Shown: positions 31,094-39,551 of the stretch, one piece after another
Layout: each line of letters starts with the position of its first letter
How positions within the stretch are numbered: the first letter of the stretch is position 1
NCBI GenBank assembly: GCA_013289095.1
Contig: JABDAO010000001.1
Location: 31,223-95,222, forward strand
DNA length: 64,000 nucleotides
Direction: 5' to 3'
From: Bacteroidota bacterium
Lineage (GTDB): Bacteria; Bacteroidota; Bacteroidia; Palsa-965
Notes under the pieces: generated by a model
Databases searched by the model: none
What the model was told of the DNA's origin: nothing
What the model saw: the letters and a program-made list of their open reading frames with translations, nothing else
Program-made: the position numbers and the translations under genes

Positions 31094-32185
31094 TCAGCAC
31101 AGGGCTTTTGCCTCGCGGTAATACTTCAAGGCTTCCTTTACAAGCGAAACATCTGCGGTCCGGTTCACCTCGCAGGAACCGATGCCCGAGAGCAATGTAA
31201 AATTCAATTGCCCCTTCACATTCTTTTTATCGTGCTTCATTAACTCGAGCAATCGATGATCCACAAACGGATCGATAGGCATATGCCCGAAACGTTCGAG
31301 GATAAAGCTTCGGATCAACTCCAGCTCCCCGGCCGGAAGTTTGTTTTTGATAAACGAAATATAGGCTTCGGCCAGCATACCGATTGCAACGGCTTCGCCA
31401 TGAAGCAGGCTGCGCGAAGAGTTTTCCAAAAAATAACTTTCGATGGCATGCCCAATGGTATGGCCAAAGTTGAGGGCCTTCCTTCCTCCCGCTTCAAACG
31501 GATCGGCGGATACAATCTCATTTTTGATGCGGATGGATTGCTCGATAATTTCTTCCCAAACGGCTCCATCGGCTATGTTCGCCGTACGTACAAACTCCCA
31601 ATACGACCTGTCGGCGATGAGTGCATGTTTAACCACCTCGGCAAAACCGCTCATCATTTCCCTTCTTCCCAATGTCTTCAGAAAATCAGGATAGATAAAA
31701 ACGGCCCTGGGCGAGTTGAATACCCCAATTTCGTTCTTGAGATGTTCAAGATCAATACCCACCTTGCCCCCTACCGATGCATCCACCTGGCTGAGCAAGG
31801 TGGTTGGTACGTTGATGAACGGTATTCCGCGTTTAAATGTAGATGCTACAAACCCGCCCAGATCGCCAATTACACCTCCGCCCAGATTGAGAAGCAGGGA
31901 AGAACGATCGGCGCCCATTTCGCCCAGGGCTTTCCATAGGCGGGTGCAGACTTCAATGTTTTTGCTGGCTTCTCCGCTTTCTATCTCCAGCACCTGCAAC
32001 TCCCCGGCACGTGCAAGCGAGGCGCTCAGCACAGGCAGACAATGCGAAGCTGTATTTTCATCGACCAGCACAAACAGCCTTGCCTGTTTGTACTCCGGTT
32101 TAGACAACAACAGATCCAGATCATGCATGACATTGTTGCCGATAAAAATGTCATAACCGTTGGATTTTAAGATAGATTTGGCCAT
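31094..32185 (-). CDS. aroB: 3-dehydroquinate synthase
   Basis: GGGVIGDLGGFVASTFKRGIPFINVPTT NAD-binding motif. The probable start is MAKSILKS at 32185; the listed ORF extends 36 codons further upstream. Confidence 0.88.
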   Translation of the reverse strand: MAKSILKSNGYDIFIGNNVMHDLDLLLSKPEYKQARLFVLVDENTASHCLPVLSASLARAGELQVLEIESGEASKNIEVCTRLWKALGEMGADRSSLLLNLGGGVIGDLGGFVASTFKRGIPFINVPTTLLSQVDASVGGKVGIDLEHLKNEIGVFNSPRAVFIYPDFLKTLGRREMMSGFAEVVKHALIADRSYWEFVRTANIADGAVWEEIIEQSIRIKNEIVSADPFEAGGRKALNFGHTIGHAIESYFLENSSRSLLHGEAVAIGMLAEAYISFIKNKLPAGELELIRSFILERFGHMPIDPFVDHRLLELMKHDKKNVKGQLNFTLLSGIGSCEVNRTADVSLVKEALKYYREAKALC

Positions 32186-32448
32186 TGTAGAGCAAAGAAA
32201 CGAAATAATCACAAAGTACTGATGGTGTATGAACAATCGGTGTACCTGCCATTTCAAGCAGACTTCTCCTTCAGAAAACAGCGGCAGGCACACCCTGTTT
32301 TATTGTTTTTGAAGCTGTCCGCTCAACAACTCCCCAGATTGCCAACCTGTATCTCTGATGAAGGACCTCTATCTATAGATTGAGTGTGGGGTAATGTCAA
32401 AAGCTGGGGGGCAGAGATCGAATGACTGCTGCATGTTGGTCCAGCCAG

Positions 32449-33040
32449 AGACACGTTCCCCCGGGGTTCCCGACACATTCCCGAAGGTTCCCGACATGTT
32501 CCCTAAGCTTCCCGACATGTTTACTAAGCTTCCCGACATGTTCCCTTAGGTTCCCGACATGTTTCCTAAGCTTCCCGACACGTTCCCCAAGGTTCCCGAC
32601 ATGTTTACTAAGCTTCCCGACATGTTCCCCAAGCTTCCCGACATGTTTACTAAGCTTCCCGACATGTTCCCCAAGCTTCCCGACACGTTTACTAAGCTTC
32701 CCGACATGTTTACTAAGCTTCCCGACACGTTTACTAAGCTTCCCGACATGTTTACTAAGCTTCCCGACATGTTCCCCAAGCTTCCCGACATGTTCCCCAA
32801 GCTTCCCGACATGTTTACTAAGCTTCCCGACACGTTTACTAAGCTTCCCGACATGTTTACTAAGCTTCCCGACATGTTCCCCAAGGTTCCCGACATGTTT
32901 ACTAAGCTTCCCGACATGTTCCCTAAGCTTCCCGACATGTTCCCCAAGGTTCCCGACATGTTCCCTTAGTTTCCCGACATGTTCCCCGAGGTTCCTTACA
33001 CGTTCCCTGAGGTTCCCGACATGTTCCCCGAGGTTCCTGA
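32449..33040. repeat. 21-bp tandem repeat array of about 28 units, core TTCCCGACAYGTT with a 7-bp variable tail
   Basis: Units [C/G]TTCCCGACA[T/C]GTT[TACTAAG / CCCCAAG / CCCTAAG...] in head-to-tail order with degenerate edge units. Each carries an ACATGT palindrome. Four of six frames are open through the array: listed ORFs 32397-33062(-), 32422-33261(+), 32559-32969(+), 32546-32959(-). Confidence 0.92.
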
Positions 33041-33540
33041 TTCTTTCTCCTAATCGAATCACATTCTATACACACTTTATCACATTCTATCCAGTCTTTA
33101 TACCAAGCATTACAGTTTCCAGACACTTCTATACATCCTTTATCGGCTGCAGGAGAGCTTTCTCCCATTTAAAGGCTCATCCCGGGAGGCATCGGGTCTT
33201 TAAAATGACCAAGAAAAGGTATAAAACAGGTTACTCCCCGGAAAATGACTTTGACCCTTGAGTGTCTGCATCTATAGATGCAGCACAGATAATCACTTCC
33301 CTACATGCCGAAGCTCTGTCAATCACAACAGCAGACAGGTGTGACTAAAATCATTCAGTGATCATAACGTTCTCAATAAGGCGTGATTTGCAACACCGTT
33401 TCTCTCCATTTTGAAGACTTAAAGATAATTTCGGTGAGCATGTAGTCTTCGCTGAGCGTGCTTTTTATGCCATCAGACAACGATTGCCCTTCCTCAACTA
33501 ATTCCAAATCAATATCTTTGCGCCCAAATCCATCTCCAAC

Positions 33541-34707
33541 ATGGTTTCATTCGACAATACAGAGATCGCTTTTTCGGGAAAAACACAAAAAGACCTGAAC
33601 CGTTCTTACTGGCTTTTCAAAATGGTGAGTAACCCGGGCCTGGTAAATTTCGGGAAGAGCATGACCGATTTCGCCCTTCGTACCCATCTTCCTATACGGG
33701 GTATCATCAAGGCCACCATTTTCAGACAGTTTGTGGGAGGTGAAGACATTGAAGAATCAAAAAAGACCATTGCCGAGCTTGGCAAATACCAGATCGGCAC
33801 CATCCTCGATTATTCGGTTGAAGGCGCAGAAACCGAAACAGCATTTGAGGCCTGTACCAAAGAAACCCTTGCTACCATTGCATTAGCCAGCGTCAATGCC
33901 CATATCCCCTTTTGTGTTTTTAAGGTAACCGGTCTGGCCCGTTTTGCCCTCCTGGAGAAGGTGAGCGCTCAGACAGCGCTCAGCGGGGCCGAAGCGGTTG
34001 AATACGAAAAAGTAAAACAACGTGTTTCGAACATCTGTGCCCGGGCTGCCGAAGCCGGTATTCCCATTTTTATTGATGCCGAAGAAAGCTGGATACAACC
34101 GGCCGTTGACGAATTGGCCGTTGAAATGATGAAACGTTTTAACCAGCAAAAACCCTTGGTTTACAATACCTTTCAACTGTATCTGAAAACCCGGCTCGAA
34201 TACCTTCGTCATTCATTTGCCCAGGCCCAGGCCGAAGGATACCTTATCGGCGCCAAACTCGTGCGCGGAGCGTACATGGAAAAAGAACGAGAAAGGGCCA
34301 CATCCATGAACTATCCAAGCCCCATACAGAATACCAAGGCCGATACCGACCGCGATTACAATGCAGCGCTTGAATTTTGTTTAGAACATATCCCCCGCAT
34401 CGGTCTCTGCGCCGGGACCCATAACGAAGACAGTTCCATGCATCTTGTCCGGGGCATGGAAAAGAACAACATCCCACACAACCATCCGCATATCTGTTTT
34501 TCACAGCTTTTTGGGATGAGCGATCACATCAGCTTTAACCTGGCCAAAGACGGGTATCATGTTGCCAAGTATGTTCCCTATGGTCCGGTAAACGAAGTGC
34601 TTCCATACCTAATCCGCAGGGCCCAGGAAAATACTTCTGTAAAAGGACAGACCGGGAGAGAGCTTTCGTTGATTATGAAGGAAAAGGAAAGACGGAAGAA
34701 AAAGTAG
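33541..34707 (+). CDS. Proline dehydrogenase (monofunctional PutA-like PRODH)
   Basis: PRODH TIM-barrel motifs (LVRGAYMEKER, FAQLFGMSD), 388 aa. Confidence 0.85.
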   Translation: MVSFDNTEIAFSGKTQKDLNRSYWLFKMVSNPGLVNFGKSMTDFALRTHLPIRGIIKATIFRQFVGGEDIEESKKTIAELGKYQIGTILDYSVEGAETETAFEACTKETLATIALASVNAHIPFCVFKVTGLARFALLEKVSAQTALSGAEAVEYEKVKQRVSNICARAAEAGIPIFIDAEESWIQPAVDELAVEMMKRFNQQKPLVYNTFQLYLKTRLEYLRHSFAQAQAEGYLIGAKLVRGAYMEKERERATSMNYPSPIQNTKADTDRDYNAALEFCLEHIPRIGLCAGTHNEDSSMHLVRGMEKNNIPHNHPHICFSQLFGMSDHISFNLAKDGYHVAKYVPYGPVNEVLPYLIRRAQENTSVKGQTGRELSLIMKEKERRKKK

Positions 34708-34802
34708 GGATTGGTGGCGTATCTGTTTTTTTATTCTGATTTTAAATTTCGGATTCGAACATTTTTCTGTACACATGCCTGCATTTTCATCATTAATCTT
34801 GA

Positions 34803-34891
34803 GGGCATCTCTAATAATCCCTTCCAAACATTCCCTCTCCTTGGGAGAGGGTCAGGGAGAGGTCAAGAAAACGGGGGTATTAGAGATGCCC
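34803..34891. repeat. ~90-bp hairpin element with GGGCATCTCTAATAA / TATTAGAGATGCCC termini (copy 1)
   Basis: Terminal 13-14-bp inverted repeats, an internal CCCTCTCC..GGAGAGGG stem, and a GGTCAGGGAGAGGTCAAG core. A near-identical copy sits at 45859-45948. Confidence 0.6.
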
Positions 34892-35095
34892 TTGATTAAA
34901 ATTCTGTTCCAGCAAACAAGTCTATTTCATATATTTGATAGTATCAAATGATACCATCATGATGATGAAAAGACCGTTCGCATTTATATTTCGCCGGACG
35001 GAAAAATAGTCAAAACAAGCTATACTGCCTGATTGGGCTCTGAACCGATGCTGTGCCTGGAGGATTCCAAGGTAGGTGGATAAAAAGCATGCCCC

Positions 35096-35509
35096 TTATT
35101 TACAGTCGCAGGTATCTGTCTTCAACCCCAGATCAATGGCGGTGATGAGTTCTGTCTTGCCCTCGCAGGCCCCGCAGATGAGACGCAGGTGGTGACCGTT
35201 TTTGGTAGTTCCCTCGATGGCGTATTTGGGGCAGGGTGTGGCATGCACTTCGCTTTTGCCATAGTTCACTTCACCATGTTTGATGATGTCTTTGATCTGT
35301 TCCTCGGTGATGCCCCGGCAGTACATTCTGCACTCGGCATGTTTGCTCAATACCAGTTTGTTGGTATCGAGTTGCATAATGATGCGTTGGGTAGGCAACC
35401 AGGAAGTAAGCGCATTGTCGGGCCGGTTCTTCATCAGACCGAACCAAACAATCAGGGCACCGATGCCGAAACCAAAGAGATATAAAAGAAGACGTCGTCC
35501 GAAATTCAA
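35096..35509 (-). CDS. DUF4258-like domain protein with an N-terminal transmembrane helix
   Basis: An HAECRMYCRGITEEQI motif resembling DUF4258, plus an N-terminal TM helix (LLLYLFGFGIGALIVWF). Confidence 0.4.
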   Translation of the reverse strand: MNFGRRLLLYLFGFGIGALIVWFGLMKNRPDNALTSWLPTQRIIMQLDTNKLVLSKHAECRMYCRGITEEQIKDIIKHGEVNYGKSEVHATPCPKYAIEGTTKNGHHLRLICGACEGKTELITAIDLGLKTDTCDCK

Positions 35510-35585
35510 GAGGGGGAGGTATCAGTACAAGGAATGAAAGGAAATACTCAATGAAATATTCAATTTAACTGTCGCGCTGGTTTTA

Positions 35586-36803
35586 TCAGATTGCTGCCAT
35601 CAGCAGGTCTATATCGGTATAGGGCAGATGAAAACAATCGGCCAGGTATTTGTTTGTGAGCGAACCATAATACATATACACCCCGTAACGCACCCCCATA
35701 TCGCTTTTCAGCATTTTGTCAACCCCTCCCTCTTCGCCGATGTTGAGCAGGATGGGTGCAAAGATGGTGCTGAATGCATAGCTGGCGGTACGTGCAACAC
35801 GCGAAGCGATGTTGGGCACACAGTAGTGAATAACCCCGTGTTTGCGGAATACCGGTTTGGTATGGTTGGTTACTTCGGATGTTTCGAAACAACCGCCCTG
35901 ATCGATGCTTACATCCACGATTACCGAGCCTACCTTCATTTCGCTCACCATTTCTTCGCTTACCACACAAGGCGTACGGCCCTGAGGCACACGCATGGCC
36001 CCGATCACTACATCGGCTGTTTTTAGGTGCTTGGCCAACACCCGGGGTTGAATAATAGAGGTAAAGACACGGGTACCGATGGCACTTTGCATACGGCGTA
36101 AACGGTACACCGAATTATCGAACACTTTTACGGAAGCGCCTAGTCCCAGTGCGGCGCGTGTGGCAAACTCGCCAACGGTACCCGCTCCGAGTATGACCAC
36201 TTCGGTAGGCGAAATACCCGAAATGCCTCCCAGGATAGATCCCTGGCCATTGTTGGCATTGCTTAAATATTCGGCCGCAATAAGTATAGAGGTGCCACCG
36301 GCAATTTCGCCCATGGAACGGATTACCGGAAAAATGCCGTCTTCATCCTTGATCCAGTCGAATGCAATGGCGGTGATCTTTTTGGCCATCAGCTCCTTTA
36401 CAAAATTCTCGGGTTGAACCGAAAGCTGCAGCGCAGAAAGAAGTGTCTGGCGAGGTTGCATGAGTTCGATTTCCTGAAGCGAGGGAGGGGCCACTTTCAG
36501 GATTACATCGGCTTTATAAACTTCCTCGGCGGTGTTTACGATCTGGGCTCCGGCTTCGCTGTAGTCATGATCCTGAAAATTGGCCATGCGTCCGGCATTG
36601 CTTTCGATAACCACTTCGTGACCATCGTTTACAAGCAAGGCAACGGCATCGGGAACAAGCGCAACCCGGTTTTCCTGAAACGAAATTTCTTTGGGAATGC
36701 CAATAAACAGTTTACCTTTTTTTCGGCCCACTTCCAGCATTTCTTCCTGGGGCAGCAGCGCAGTCTGGGCAAGTGTGGCAAGCAATGATTTTGTTTTGCT
36801 CAT
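35586..36803 (-). CDS. ald: Alanine dehydrogenase / PNT-family NAD(H)-binding protein (probable alanine dehydrogenase)
   Basis: An IGIPKE..ENRVALVP N-terminal domain and a GAGTVG Rossmann fold. The start could be the Met at 36740 (MLEVGRKKGKLFIGIPKE). Confidence 0.72.
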   Translation of the reverse strand: MSKTKSLLATLAQTALLPQEEMLEVGRKKGKLFIGIPKEISFQENRVALVPDAVALLVNDGHEVVIESNAGRMANFQDHDYSEAGAQIVNTAEEVYKADVILKVAPPSLQEIELMQPRQTLLSALQLSVQPENFVKELMAKKITAIAFDWIKDEDGIFPVIRSMGEIAGGTSILIAAEYLSNANNGQGSILGGISGISPTEVVILGAGTVGEFATRAALGLGASVKVFDNSVYRLRRMQSAIGTRVFTSIIQPRVLAKHLKTADVVIGAMRVPQGRTPCVVSEEMVSEMKVGSVIVDVSIDQGGCFETSEVTNHTKPVFRKHGVIHYCVPNIASRVARTASYAFSTIFAPILLNIGEEGGVDKMLKSDMGVRYGVYMYYGSLTNKYLADCFHLPYTDIDLLMAAI

Positions 36804-36887
36804 GGTATTTTTGATGAACCGGGGATACTTTTACATCAGTTCTGGGTTCGGCCAACAAATATACCGAAAGTACCCGAACCCGCATCT

Positions 36888-37310
36888 TCAGATAGTGCGA
36901 AAAGAAAGGATACGCTCCTCGTCCTGGAGGGTGATCTGGAGGTGAAGACAATCAGCCGGCAGCAAGCCGTCTATCTTTTCGGGCCATTCAATAAAGCAGT
37001 AATGGCCCGAATCGAGGTATTCTTCAAAACCCATATCGAGGGCTTCGAGGGGGGTAAGGATGCGGTAGAAATCGAAATGAAAGATCCGTATCCCTGCCCT
37101 GCCCTGGTATTCATTCACTAATGAATACGTAGGACTGGCTGTAGGACCCTCCACCCCCAACATCTGGCAGAGGGTTTTGATAAAGGTGGTTTTGCCGGCA
37201 CCCATCTGACCGTGGAATGCAAAGATGCGTTGCAGGGGGTGTTCCTGCAGTAGCTGTGCGGCTGCTGCCGGCAGATCGGAAAGCTGATGAATTGCAATAT
37301 TTTTTGACAC
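36888..37310 (-). CDS. tsaE: tRNA threonylcarbamoyladenosine biosynthesis ATPase TsaE
   Basis: GQMGAGKTT P-loop in a 140-aa YjeE-like protein. Confidence 0.8.
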   Translation of the reverse strand: MSKNIAIHQLSDLPAAAAQLLQEHPLQRIFAFHGQMGAGKTTFIKTLCQMLGVEGPTASPTYSLVNEYQGRAGIRIFHFDFYRILTPLEALDMGFEEYLDSGHYCFIEWPEKIDGLLPADCLHLQITLQDEERILSFRTI

Positions 37311-37369
37311 AGAGAGCTGCTTTACACCATCATCTACCCAACCAAATGAAGGATATAGACAAGGCTGAT

Positions 37370-38923
37370 CTATTTCGGACTCATCACAACAAACGGAATA
37401 ATCATCTCCTCCAGCGAAATGCCCCCATGCTGGAAGGTGTTTTTGTAATAATTCACGTAGTAGTTGTAGTTATTGGGGTAGGCAAAGAACTTGTCTTCCT
37501 TAATAAAAATGAAGGCCTGACTAACATGTTGCTTGGGCAGATAGGCTTCTTCGGGTTTGCGTACTTCGAACACATCGCGTTTTATATAGTCCAGGCTCTT
37601 GCCTTGTTTATAGCGTAAATTACTGTTTACGTTTTTATCGCCTACCACTTTCGATGGTTCGGTTACCTTGATGGTGCCATGATCGGTAGTGATAATGAGC
37701 TTGCCTTTTTTATCGGCTATTTGTTTGATGATGTCATGCAGCGGAGAGTGTTCGAACCAGCTCACGGTAATAGAGCGGTAAGCCGCTTCATCATCTGCCA
37801 ATTCACGGATCACTTCCATCTCGGTACGGGCGTGACTCAGCATATCCACAAAGTTATAGACAATCACATTAAGCTTGTTGCCCATGAGGTTGTTGAAATT
37901 CTCGCTCAACCTTTTACCCGCAGCATGATTGGTTATTTTGTTGTACGAATGTTTTACATCCTTGCCCAGCCGTTTGAGATTGGCAGCCAGAAACACATCT
38001 TCGAACTGGTTCTTGCCTCCCTCCTCTTCATCATTCAGCCATTGGTTGGGGAACATCTTTTCGATTTCGGATGGAAGAAGCCCTGCAAAAAGTGCATTTC
38101 GTGCATATTGGGTGGCAGTAGGCAGGATGCTGAAGAAGAGGTCTTCCTGATCGGTTTTGAAATAAGAATGAAGGATGGGTTGCAACATTTTCCATTGATC
38201 GTAACGCAGGTTATCAATAAGGATGAGGAACACCGGTCCATCGCCTTCCAACTGGGGGATGACTTTGTTCTTCAGGAGCGTATGCGAGAGTGTTGGAGGA
38301 TTCTTTTCCTTGCCGTTGAGCCAGCTGAGGTAATTGTTTTCGACAAATTTGCTGAATTGGGCATTTGCTTCATGTTTCTGCATGGCGAGCACTTCAGACA
38401 TGCTTTGATCGGAAGAGCGTTGGAGTTCGAGTTCCCAATACACCAGTTTTTTATAGACCTCTACCCATTCGGAATGCGAGAGACGGTCGCTCAGGGTCGT
38501 GCCTATGCTCCTGAATTCCTGCTGATAACCCGAAGTGGTTTTTTCGCTCACCAGTCGTCGGTTATCAAGTATCTTTTTGAGAGAAAGCAGGATCTGATTG
38601 GGGTTCACCGGCTTGATCAGATAATCGGCAATTTTCGACCCGATTGCGTCTTCCATGATCCGTTCTTCCTCGCTTTTGGTGATCATCACCACAGGCAGGT
38701 CGTTTTTCATGCTTTTGATGCGGGCCAGGGTTTCTATTCCCGACAGACCAGGCATATTCTCGTCGAGGAAGACTATATCGAAATTTGTGGTTTTGATCAG
38801 ATCCAGGGCGCCGTCTCCACTGATTGCTGTCTGGACATCGTATCCTTTTTCTTTGAGAAACAAGACATGGGGCCGGAGAAGTTCTATCTCGTCATCGGCC
38901 CAAAGAATCTGTATTTTGTCCAT
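37370..38923 (-). CDS. porX: PorX-like response regulator: CheY-type receiver domain plus PglZ (alkaline-phosphatase-superfamily) domain
   Basis: An N-terminal receiver (ILWADDE...DIVFLDENMPG...ADYLIKP) and a C-terminal PglZ-type domain ending ...YYKNTFQHGGISLEEMIIPFVVMSPK. It is 517 aa, the size and architecture of the T9SS regulator PorX. Confidence 0.75.
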   Translation of the reverse strand: MDKIQILWADDEIELLRPHVLFLKEKGYDVQTAISGDGALDLIKTTNFDIVFLDENMPGLSGIETLARIKSMKNDLPVVMITKSEEERIMEDAIGSKIADYLIKPVNPNQILLSLKKILDNRRLVSEKTTSGYQQEFRSIGTTLSDRLSHSEWVEVYKKLVYWELELQRSSDQSMSEVLAMQKHEANAQFSKFVENNYLSWLNGKEKNPPTLSHTLLKNKVIPQLEGDGPVFLILIDNLRYDQWKMLQPILHSYFKTDQEDLFFSILPTATQYARNALFAGLLPSEIEKMFPNQWLNDEEEGGKNQFEDVFLAANLKRLGKDVKHSYNKITNHAAGKRLSENFNNLMGNKLNVIVYNFVDMLSHARTEMEVIRELADDEAAYRSITVSWFEHSPLHDIIKQIADKKGKLIITTDHGTIKVTEPSKVVGDKNVNSNLRYKQGKSLDYIKRDVFEVRKPEEAYLPKQHVSQAFIFIKEDKFFAYPNNYNYYVNYYKNTFQHGGISLEEMIIPFVVMSPK

Positions 38924-39230
38924 AAATCTGATTTTGAAGCTTGAGGATTGGATTATACCGCTTTAAAGATACGATATTAGGCAGTGGTTGAATCTACAAA
39001 CGTGCAGAAGCCTGGTTTATTGTGTATTTATTAAACCTTAACTTTGATCTCGTTTCACGCAAACCAGGAGGTGATGAAACACAGCTCAAATAAGATGATT
39101 AGGATGGGTTTCAGTATTTACGGGCTGCAAAAATCATCCTAATCTTAAAGATCAGCGCCTGTCCAGCTGAAAGCGGGGTTCTATCAACACCTGGGTTTTC
39201 TTCAAATTGTTTCTTCTTAACCTATACATA

Positions 39231-39413
39231 ATGAAACCAAGCGTGTTAAAACAAAAAATATCCAGCCTTTTAAGCCGGATCGACAATGCCGAATTTCTCG
39301 AGGCATTGCAGATTACCCTGAAGGAACAACTTGACATCGAAAATAAGGAAACCTTACTGGGCGAGAGCATTCAGAAGATGCACAAAAGACAGGGCGCCAA
39401 CCCGAAAAAATGA
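39231..39413 (+). CDS. Hypothetical small helical protein (61 aa)
   Basis: Open frame from MKPSVLKQ, 120 bp upstream of the HD-domain gene. There is no family assignment. Confidence 0.3.
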   Translation: MKPSVLKQKISSLLSRIDNAEFLEALQITLKEQLDIENKETLLGESIQKMHKRQGANPKK

Positions 39414-39551
39414 TAAATTTGCCCACCTGCAAGGCTTCGAAACACGTTCGGATTTTATACCGGAATGAGGTTCCTGCCTTGAGTCGGGTGAGATGAATGT
39501 GAAAGATCCGGATGTCCCCATCCGGCGAGCGAAATGTGTGAATACAAATCC

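Noticed and set aside
32449-33040. 21-bp repeat array as a CRISPR array
   Set aside because: The units are contiguous with no unique spacers, and no cas genes are nearby. It is a tandem minisatellite.
34900-35095. Near-palindrome TTTGATAGTATCAAA as an operator
   Set aside because: It is a single imperfect site with one central mismatch and no repeated partner. That is insufficient to call.
37370-38923. PglZ domain as a marker of a BREX/Pgl phage-defence system
   Set aside because: The PglZ domain is fused to a CheY receiver in one 517-aa protein, which is the PorX architecture. No PglX methyltransferase, BrxC ATPase, BrxL/Lon or other BREX partner is present in the flanking 10 kb.
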